A DNA stretch of 64,000 nt from Acidimicrobiales bacterium (lineage in GTDB: Bacteria; Actinomycetota; Acidimicrobiia; Acidimicrobiales; AC-14): contig DATAAD010000082.1 in the NCBI GenBank assembly GCA_036260295.1, forward strand, positions 9,965 to 73,964. The letters are read 5' to 3'. Shown here piece after piece: positions 51,847 to 59,501 of the stretch; position 1 is the first letter of the stretch; each line of letters opens with the position of its first letter. Made by a program: the position numbers and the translations under genes. The notes under the pieces were generated by a model that made no database searches, was not told the DNA's origin, and saw nothing but the letters and a program-made list of their open reading frames with translations.

Positions 51847-54291
51847 GTGACCGAGACCGTCTGCCCGTGCGACGTGTTCGTCCATCCCCGGCTCCCCCTG
51901 AACCCGCCTGGGCGGTCCTCGATCTCCTACCGGGCGGGTGAGTTCGCCTCCTTCCGCCACGCCCTGTTGCTGGCCCGGCCCGGCGAGAGACAGCTGACCC
52001 GTTGGCGACCCAGCCCCAACCGGGAGCTTCCGGTCCACGACCTGGCGCTGCAGATGGTCGAGTGGTGGGCCTACGTGGCCGACGTCCTCACCTTCTACAA
52101 CGAACGAATCGCCAACCAGGCGTACCTCCGTACTGCCGACCTGCCCGAGAGCGTGAGCCGCCTCATCCGGCTGCTGGGCTACCGGCCCCGCCCGGGGATC
52201 GGCGCGACGGGCGTCGTCGCCGCCCTGCTCGGCGCCGCCGGCCCAGGGACCGGCACGGTCACGCTGCCCGAGAACTTCCAGATCCAGAGCAAGCCGGGGC
52301 CCGGGCGGCGACCGCAGATCTTCGAGGTCGACACCGGCACCGTCGTCGGGCGGCCCGAGGTCGTCGCCGTCGACCCGCCGCCCGACCCGGCCCTCGTCAC
52401 CGTCGTCGCGGGCGACGAGACGGTGCTGCTGTCGGGTGCAGCCTCGAACCTGGAGGCGGGCGACCGCGTCCTCGTCCTGCCCGCCGGCTGGACCGGGTCG
52501 GGGGCGTTGACGCTGGCCACGGTCAAGTCGGTCACCGAGGAGCGCTTGCCTCGAGGCGCGCCGGCGACCCGGGTCGCGTTCTCCTCCCCGCTCGGGTTGG
52601 GCGGGGCGCAGGCCGCCGGCTACCGCGTGCTGCGGTCTACTCTGACCGCCCGATTGTGGCCCTACGCGGCCAACGCCGCCGTGGTCGTCACCTCGGCGAG
52701 CGCCCACCTCGACTCGGTGCACCGGCTGCTCGCGCCCGGCGACCCCGTCGTCCTCGAGGTGCCCGGAGGGGCCGCCGAGGAGCGGCGGCTGCTCAGGGTG
52801 GGAGCGACCAGCGAGCTGGTGTGGTTCGCCAACGGCAACCCGGCCGATCCGGCCACACCGCGGACGTCCCCGCCGCTCGACGCCAAGGAGACGCTCATCG
52901 GCATCCCCCACACCGTCGTGGGCTTCGCCGACCCGCTCCCCGGCGCCGACGTCAGCGCCCTCGGCGCGGTCAAGTCGAGCCTGGTGGCTGCCTTCGGGTG
53001 GCAGGAGGTCGGCCGGCCCATCCCCCGCCCGGCCCGCTCGATGGCCGTCGGCGACGCCCCCCTCGTGCTCACCGCCGTCGACGGCGCCGCTCTCCCGCCC
53101 ATGGGAGCCGGCGTGCCCGTGCTGGTCGAGGACGGGAGCGGCGCGGGCGTCCGGGGACTGGCCGCGGCCGGGACGGCCCCCGGTTCGGTCTCGGTGAGGG
53201 CCGCCACCCCCGCCACGACGCTGCACCCGCCCCTCCGGGCCCTCTTCGGGGTGGTGGGCGTCTCCCGGGGGGAGACCGTCCCGTTCGAGGTGCTCGGCAG
53301 CGGCGACGCCACCAAAGCCGTCCAGGTCTACACCCTCAAGCAGTCGCCGCTCACCTACCTGCCCGATCCCGACCCGTCGTCGTCCTCGCCGTACCGCAGC
53401 ACGCTGGAGGTGTTCGTGGACGGGGTTCGCTGGACGGAGGTCCCCAGCTTCTACGACCGGGGCCCCGGGGATCGCGTCTTCGTGACGCGCGAGATCGAGG
53501 ACGGGCACACCCAGGTGGTGAGCGGCGACGGCGTGCACGGGGCCCGGTTCCCATCGGGCTCCAACAACGTCACCGCGGCGTACCGGCACGGCAGCGGCGC
53601 CGTCTCGCCCGGCCCCGGCGGCCTCAGTGTGATCGTGAGGCCCCGGCCCGGGCTGAAGGCCATCCGCAACCCCGTCGCCGTCGGCGGCGGGTCCGACCCC
53701 GACCCGCCCGACCAGATCCGGCGTTACGCGCCGAAGTCGGTGCTCACCTTCGGCCGGGCCGTCTCGGCCGACGACTACGAGACCATCGCCGTCCAGGCCC
53801 CCGGCGTGGCCCGGGCCCGCTCCTACTGGGGGTGGGACGGGGGGCAGCAGCGTGCGGTGGTCACCGTCTTCGTCGGCGACGACGATGCCGCGGTCAGCTC
53901 CGCCGAGGTCGCCTTGGCCGCGGCCGACGACCCCAACCGGCCGGTCGTCGTCCGCCTGGCCACGCCCGTGACCGCCGGCCTGTTCCTCGCCTTCCGGTCG
54001 GACGGCTCCCGGCCGCGCGCCGCTCTGACGGCCGAGGTGCGAGCCGCGCTCTCGGCGCCGAGCGGGTTGTTCGGCGGCGAGGCGACTCGCATCGGCCACG
54101 GCGTCTACGAGAGCGAGGTCGACGGTGCCTGCCTGGCGGTGCCCGGCGTGGTGGCCGTCCACCGCCTCGTCTTCTTCGTCGACCGCGGGACGGGGTTCCA
54201 GCTCGAACCGGGGCCCCGGTTCGATCCCGGCGTCGGCGCCTTCTTCACCCTCTCACCCCAGCTGCTGTTCGTGTTCCAGGAGGGAGGCTGA
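51847..54291 (+). CDS. baseplate J-like protein, paralog 2
   Basis: NPVAVGGGSDPDPPDQIRRYAPKSVLTFGRAVSADDYETIAVQAPGVARA is a second Baseplate_J signature. GTG start. Confidence 0.8.
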   Translation: MTETVCPCDVFVHPRLPLNPPGRSSISYRAGEFASFRHALLLARPGERQLTRWRPSPNRELPVHDLALQMVEWWAYVADVLTFYNERIANQAYLRTADLPESVSRLIRLLGYRPRPGIGATGVVAALLGAAGPGTGTVTLPENFQIQSKPGPGRRPQIFEVDTGTVVGRPEVVAVDPPPDPALVTVVAGDETVLLSGAASNLEAGDRVLVLPAGWTGSGALTLATVKSVTEERLPRGAPATRVAFSSPLGLGGAQAAGYRVLRSTLTARLWPYAANAAVVVTSASAHLDSVHRLLAPGDPVVLEVPGGAAEERRLLRVGATSELVWFANGNPADPATPRTSPPLDAKETLIGIPHTVVGFADPLPGADVSALGAVKSSLVAAFGWQEVGRPIPRPARSMAVGDAPLVLTAVDGAALPPMGAGVPVLVEDGSGAGVRGLAAAGTAPGSVSVRAATPATTLHPPLRALFGVVGVSRGETVPFEVLGSGDATKAVQVYTLKQSPLTYLPDPDPSSSSPYRSTLEVFVDGVRWTEVPSFYDRGPGDRVFVTREIEDGHTQVVSGDGVHGARFPSGSNNVTAAYRHGSGAVSPGPGGLSVIVRPRPGLKAIRNPVAVGGGSDPDPPDQIRRYAPKSVLTFGRAVSADDYETIAVQAPGVARARSYWGWDGGQQRAVVTVFVGDDDAAVSSAEVALAAADDPNRPVVVRLATPVTAGLFLAFRSDGSRPRAALTAEVRAALSAPSGLFGGEATRIGHGVYESEVDGACLAVPGVVAVHRLVFFVDRGTGFQLEPGPRFDPGVGAFFTLSPQLLFVFQEGG

Positions 54292-54293
54292 CG

Positions 54294-56402
54294 TTGGCCG
54301 GCGACCACGACCACTACGAGGCGTACTACGCCGACCGGCTCTGGGCCCTGGTCCCCGCCGTGTACCGGGAAGAGGACGCCGGCCCGGACGGGACCACCGG
54401 CCCCTTGCGGGAGCTGGTGGACCGCGTCGGCGCCCAGGTGGCCGTCGTCCGGCGCAGCGTCGACCGGCTGTGGGAGGACCAGTCGATCGAGACGTGCGAC
54501 GACTGGGTCGTCCCGTACATCGGCGACCTGCTCGCCACCAACCTGGTCGCCGCCCTCGACGGCCGGGGCCAGCGCATCGACGTGGCCAGGACGATCTACT
54601 ACCGGCGCCGCAAGGGGACGCTGGGGATCCTGGAGGAGATCGCCTCCGACATCACGGGGTGGCACGCACGCGTCGTCGAGTTCTTCCGCACGATGGAGCG
54701 GAACCGGCACTGCCTCGACCCGGCGATCGGCCGTCCCGCCGACACCGCCGAGCCCGCCGCCCACCGCGACCTCCAAGCCGCGCAAGGGCTCGTCGGGCGG
54801 CGGACGTCGACCCCGCTCGGCGGGTACGCCGACCTGCGCGACGCGTACGGCTCCAGCCGGGCCCACTCGGCGTTCGACGAGTACTCCCACACCGCCGACC
54901 TCCGGGCCCCCCGGGGCCGGTCGGGGTGGCACAACATCCCCCGGCTCGGCGTCTTCCTGTGGCGCCTGCGCAGCTTCGCCGTCGTACTCGGGACGCCGGT
55001 CCCGGTCGCCGGCTGTCCCGGTCACTTCACCTTCGACCCGACCGGGCGCCTCGTCCCCCTCTTCGCCAAAGGGGGGCACCGCTTCGGCGACGACTGGGTC
55101 TCGCCGGAGGAGTGGCAGCTGCCCACCCCGATCGACCGGCGACTCCTGGACGCAGAGCGGGACCGCCTGTACCCGGCGTCGATCGAGGCCCTGCACCTCC
55201 AAGGCACCTTCTTCGACGGCGTGCCGTCGAGCATGGTGACCCTGCACCCGGAGCTGGGACGCTTCTCCGTCGGGCCCCCGCTGGCCGGCGACACCTTCCG
55301 GGTGGACTACCACTACGGCTTCTCGGCCGCCATCGGTGCCGGGCCCTACGACCGGCGGGTGGCACGGCGCAGCGTCGAGCCGCCGCCCTCGCCGGTGACG
55401 ACGGTCTCCGGCGGGGGCAACGTGCTCGCTGCCGCGGTCACGGGCCTCACCACCGGCACGGTGGTCGTCGGCGACTCGGCCACGTACGACGCGGTCGCCG
55501 ATGTCGGCACCGCGGCCGCCGGCATCCAGCATGTCCGCGTCGCGGCCGGCAACCGGGAGCGGCCGGTCGTCCGCCTGGCCGGCCCCGCGGCCTGGGCGTT
55601 CACCGGCGAGGACGGGTCCCGCCTCGATCTCACGGGCCTGCTGGTGAGCGGGGCCGATGTCGTCCTGCGGGGTCGCTTCGACACCGTCCGGATCTCCTCC
55701 TGCACCTTCGACCCCGGTGGCTCGGGCCTCGACCACCTTCCCCCTGCCGTCCTGGCCACCGCGGTCGACGGACGCGCCCTGGCGCCGACCAGGCTGTGGG
55801 TAGAGGCCCAGGTCCGGCGGCTGGAGGTCGCCGACTCCATCCTCGGTCCCGTCCGCACCCGAGCCGGCGGCGACGTCGGCGAGCTCGTGGTCCGCGACAG
55901 CATCATGCAGGCCGTTCGAACCACCGACCAGGGGTCCGGCCAGCCTCCCGACACGGTGCTCGACCTGGCCAGCGGCGGTGTCGTCCTCGACCGGTGCACC
56001 GTGCTCGGTCCGGGCCGGGTGCACCGCCTCGACGCCAGCGAGTGCGTCCTCGACGACGTTCTGGCGGTCGAGGACCGCCAGAACGGCTGCGTCCGCTTCA
56101 CGGCCTGGGCCACGGGCAGCACCCTGCCCCGCCGGTACGAGTCGGTGGAGGTCGCACCCGGAGCGTCGCTCTTCACCAGCCGGGTCTACGGCCACCCCGG
56201 CTTCTGCCAGCTGCTGGGTCACGTGGACCGGCGGATCGTCGCCGGCAAGACCGGCGCGTCGATCGCCGAAGGCGGCCCCCTGGGGTCCGAGATGGGTGCC
56301 TTCGCCCGCGAGCTGGGACCGGTCCGCCAGCGCAGCATCCGCATCAAGTACCAGGAGTTCATGCCGCTCGGCCTCGACCCTGCCGTCGTGAACGTGACGT
56401 GA
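54294..56402 (+). CDS. baseplate wedge protein (P2 gpI / Afp12-like phage tail protein)
   Basis: TTG at 54294 after AGGAGGGAGG. YYADRLWALVPAVYREED...CDDWVVPYIGDLLATNLV... is typical of the gpI-like family that follows Baseplate_J. Confidence 0.7.
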   Translation: MAGDHDHYEAYYADRLWALVPAVYREEDAGPDGTTGPLRELVDRVGAQVAVVRRSVDRLWEDQSIETCDDWVVPYIGDLLATNLVAALDGRGQRIDVARTIYYRRRKGTLGILEEIASDITGWHARVVEFFRTMERNRHCLDPAIGRPADTAEPAAHRDLQAAQGLVGRRTSTPLGGYADLRDAYGSSRAHSAFDEYSHTADLRAPRGRSGWHNIPRLGVFLWRLRSFAVVLGTPVPVAGCPGHFTFDPTGRLVPLFAKGGHRFGDDWVSPEEWQLPTPIDRRLLDAERDRLYPASIEALHLQGTFFDGVPSSMVTLHPELGRFSVGPPLAGDTFRVDYHYGFSAAIGAGPYDRRVARRSVEPPPSPVTTVSGGGNVLAAAVTGLTTGTVVVGDSATYDAVADVGTAAAGIQHVRVAAGNRERPVVRLAGPAAWAFTGEDGSRLDLTGLLVSGADVVLRGRFDTVRISSCTFDPGGSGLDHLPPAVLATAVDGRALAPTRLWVEAQVRRLEVADSILGPVRTRAGGDVGELVVRDSIMQAVRTTDQGSGQPPDTVLDLASGGVVLDRCTVLGPGRVHRLDASECVLDDVLAVEDRQNGCVRFTAWATGSTLPRRYESVEVAPGASLFTSRVYGHPGFCQLLGHVDRRIVAGKTGASIAEGGPLGSEMGAFARELGPVRQRSIRIKYQEFMPLGLDPAVVNVT

Positions 56403-56414
56403 GGAAGGAGCGGC

Positions 56415-59400
56415 ATGGGCAGTGACCGAGCTCGCGTGTCCTACGACAAGACCCGGCAGTACCGCGCCGTGGTGGCGCAGCAGGGGCGGGTGGCGTTGGA
56501 GGCCGACACCAACGAGGGATGGACGATCGGCGCCGAGGAGGCCCGCGAGGAGGCCCTCGACTTCGTCGGACCGGTGGGGACACCCGACGACGGCTACGCC
56601 CTGTCCCCTACCGGCGGCGGGACGTACGACTTCGTCATAGGGCCCGGGACCATGTATGTCGGCGGCGTCCGGACGTCCCTCGCCGACTTTGTGAAGTACA
56701 GCGCCCAGGACGAATGGCTCGACCGCGACGGCGACCCCGACTGGGTGCCCGTCTCCCCGCCGGCCGATCACGGGAGCGCCAGCGAGCTGATCTACGAGGA
56801 GCTGCGCGAGGTCGAGGTGAGCGCCACCGAGGACCACGCCCTGCGCGAGGTGGCCCTCGGCGGTCCCGACACCTCCCAGCGGAGCCGGCTCGTCCAACGG
56901 ACGAAGCGATTCGCCACCGACGCCCGTACCTGCAGTGCAGCCCTGGACGACCTCGCCGCCCACTGGCTCCAGCGCGGCCTGCAGTTCGACCCGGGCACCA
57001 TGCGGCTGCGGTCCTCGGCCACACTGAAGGCGTCGTACCCACCGGTGCCCGCCCCCGCCGACCCCTGCGAGCCCGACGCCCAGAACGGCTACCTGGGCGC
57101 CGACAACCAGCTCATCCGCGTGCAGATCGCGTCGTGGGACGAGGCCAACCACCGAGGGACACTGCTGTGGGGCTTCGACGGCGCATCCTTCCTCTACCGG
57201 GTGACGGTGGTGAACCCCAACCTCGTCCGCCTTCTGTCGAGGCCACCCGACGACGCCCACCAGCCCCGGCCCAACCAGGCGGTCGAGGTCCTGCGGACGG
57301 CGGCCCGGCTCAGCCCCGCCGAGCCCGGCAACGTGGTGGCGTCGCCAACCGGAGCGGTCTTCACCCTCACCGGCGCCTACGTCCCGGACACCCAGCAGGT
57401 CGCCCTCCCGGGGGGAGGCCTGCCGGCCGCCTACCTCGACGGGGCCAAGACGCCCGCGGTCTTCCTGCGGGTCTGGGAACAGGCACTGCCCTTCACCCGG
57501 GGGACGGCCGTCCCCCTCGGCGGGACCGGGCTGCGGGTCACGCTCGACATCACGGGGGCCGGGACCTTCAGCCCGGGCGACTACTGGCTGGTGGCGGTAC
57601 GGCCCAGCACGCCCGAGCTGGTCTACCCCCACCGGTTCCTGGACGTCCCTCAGCCCCCTGACGGCCCCCGGCTGTGGGCCTTCCCGCTGGGCGTCGTCGA
57701 TTTCGTGCCTCGACCAACCGGCACCGACAAGGTGGTAATGACCGTCCTCGAGGACTGTCGGAACCGCTTCGAGGGGTTGGTGGAGCTGACCCGACGACGC
57801 GACACGGGATGTTGCGACGTCGTGGTGCGCGCCGAGGACCTCGACGACACCAGGACACTGCAGACCGTCCTCGACCGGTTCGCCGACCGAGAGGCGGTGA
57901 CGATCTGCCTCAAACCCGGGCGCTACGAGCTCCGGGCGCCGCTGAAACTCGGCCCCGAGCACTCCAACTTCACGATCGAGGCCTGCCACGACGGCGCCGT
58001 CCTGGCTGCCGCCCCGGGCACGGCCGACCGTTTCGGGGAGGGCCTGGTGGTGCTCAACCGGGCCAACAACGTGACGCTCAGGGGCCTGCGGTTCCTCCTG
58101 CCCCAGGTCCGGCTTCGAGCCGCCGACCATCTGACCACGGCTGCGGGGATGCGGCGGGCCGCGGGCGACCAGTTCGCCAACTTCAACATCTCGATCGGGA
58201 TCCGGCCCGTCCATTGCGCCGTCCTGACCGTCGAGAGCTGCCTGTTCCGCTTCTCGGTCGAGCCCGAACGTGACTGCTTCTCGGCCGGGATCTTCGCCGC
58301 CAGCGAGTGCTGGGGCCACGTCGTCCGCAACAACCGCTTCATCCGGGACGAGGACGCCCTCCGTGTCGACGAGTCGCCGGTTCGCCTGCTGTACGGCTAC
58401 CTCCTCACGTCCTCCCTGTTCAGGACGGCCAGGCAGGACTACGTGGAACCCTGTCTGCTCCAGGACGCATCCTTCCAGGACAATCGGTTCGAGGGGCTGG
58501 CGGGGGCGGTGCTGGTGCAAGGCGAGCTCGGGCTCATCGAGCTCGAGAGCAACACGGTTCGCGACTGCATCAACGGGTTCGTGTTCCTGACCGACGCGGC
58601 GGCCGCCGCGCCGGTGATCACTCGCAGCGTCGTCGTCCTCGCCCACCAACAGGACGAGGCCAAGGAGCTGCAGTCGGGGATCGTCAGCCCGCTGCAGTCC
58701 CCGGTGGCCAAGCTGGGGACCCAGCTGGCCCGCGCGTACACCCTCCCCGCGGACTACACCAAGGCCGGCATCGCCGTCGACGACGAGGTGGGGGCCAAGG
58801 CCGAGGAAGCGGTCCTGGCCGCCTACCAGCACTTCTTCGACAGCACGCTGTCGGCCGGCCCGCCGAGGGCGGCGACGGACGAGGCGGCCGCCGGCGGCAA
58901 GAAGCTGGGGCCGGCATCGGGTCCGCCCGAGTACGACTGCCTGTACAGGAGCCGGGCCATGGCCAAGAACGAGTCCCTGGACTCCCGGCTGGTACGCGCC
59001 AGCCGGGTGGTCTTCGGCGGGTTCAGACGCCACGGCCTCCGACTGTCCCTCCGGGTCACCGGGAACGACGTCGCTTCGCTCCTCGAGGACGGCGAGTCGG
59101 GGTCGAGCCTGCTGGTCTACGGCGAGCGGGGCCAGCCCGGCAACCTGACCATGGTCGGCGGCCGGTTCCGCAATCGCTCGCCGCACTCGGTCACGGTCGG
59201 CGCCTTTCTGGTCGACACCTGTGCGGTGGCCGGCAACGTCGTGGTGAACGAGACGGGCGTCAGCATCTTCCTCCTCCCGGGCTCGGGTGGAATCGCCGCC
59301 CGAGGCAAGGAGACCGTTGCCGTGACCGGCAACGTCTTCGAGGGACGGACCCAGCTGCCGCCGCGTCCCGGCGCCCTTCCTCCTCCCATGAACCAGTGGA

Positions 59401-59423
59401 ACTCCTACAACGCCGTCGTCTGA
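56415..59423 (+). CDS. DUF6519-like N-domain fused to right-handed beta-helix repeats (candidate distal baseplate / target-recognition protein)
   Basis: N-terminal YDKTRQYRAVVAQQGRVALEADTNE (QQGRV.L.AD.NE motif). The C-half has repeated NN-x-T/V-hydrophobic-x-G/N turns (NNVTLRGLRF, RNNRFIRDE, QDNRFEGL, ESNTVRDCINGF, VAGNVVVNE, VTGNVFEG). Confidence 0.65.
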   Translation: MGSDRARVSYDKTRQYRAVVAQQGRVALEADTNEGWTIGAEEAREEALDFVGPVGTPDDGYALSPTGGGTYDFVIGPGTMYVGGVRTSLADFVKYSAQDEWLDRDGDPDWVPVSPPADHGSASELIYEELREVEVSATEDHALREVALGGPDTSQRSRLVQRTKRFATDARTCSAALDDLAAHWLQRGLQFDPGTMRLRSSATLKASYPPVPAPADPCEPDAQNGYLGADNQLIRVQIASWDEANHRGTLLWGFDGASFLYRVTVVNPNLVRLLSRPPDDAHQPRPNQAVEVLRTAARLSPAEPGNVVASPTGAVFTLTGAYVPDTQQVALPGGGLPAAYLDGAKTPAVFLRVWEQALPFTRGTAVPLGGTGLRVTLDITGAGTFSPGDYWLVAVRPSTPELVYPHRFLDVPQPPDGPRLWAFPLGVVDFVPRPTGTDKVVMTVLEDCRNRFEGLVELTRRRDTGCCDVVVRAEDLDDTRTLQTVLDRFADREAVTICLKPGRYELRAPLKLGPEHSNFTIEACHDGAVLAAAPGTADRFGEGLVVLNRANNVTLRGLRFLLPQVRLRAADHLTTAAGMRRAAGDQFANFNISIGIRPVHCAVLTVESCLFRFSVEPERDCFSAGIFAASECWGHVVRNNRFIRDEDALRVDESPVRLLYGYLLTSSLFRTARQDYVEPCLLQDASFQDNRFEGLAGAVLVQGELGLIELESNTVRDCINGFVFLTDAAAAAPVITRSVVVLAHQQDEAKELQSGIVSPLQSPVAKLGTQLARAYTLPADYTKAGIAVDDEVGAKAEEAVLAAYQHFFDSTLSAGPPRAATDEAAAGGKKLGPASGPPEYDCLYRSRAMAKNESLDSRLVRASRVVFGGFRRHGLRLSLRVTGNDVASLLEDGESGSSLLVYGERGQPGNLTMVGGRFRNRSPHSVTVGAFLVDTCAVAGNVVVNETGVSIFLLPGSGGIAARGKETVAVTGNVFEGRTQLPPRPGALPPPMNQWNSYNAVV

Positions 59424-59501
59424 GCAGTGATGTTCGCCGTCGACTCCCCGCCGGTGAGGTGCGCCAGTGATTGCTCCCGCAGTGCATAGACGGGTGCCGC
59501 C

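Noticed and set aside
37786-59423. Interpretation of the tail-like genes as a prophage or as a type VI secretion system.
   Set aside because: The window has no capsid, portal, terminase, replication, lysis or integrase genes. It also has no TssJ/L/M, TssA or ClpV-like genes. The DUF4255 cap plus dedicated AAA+ ATPase point to an eCIS/CIS-type particle.
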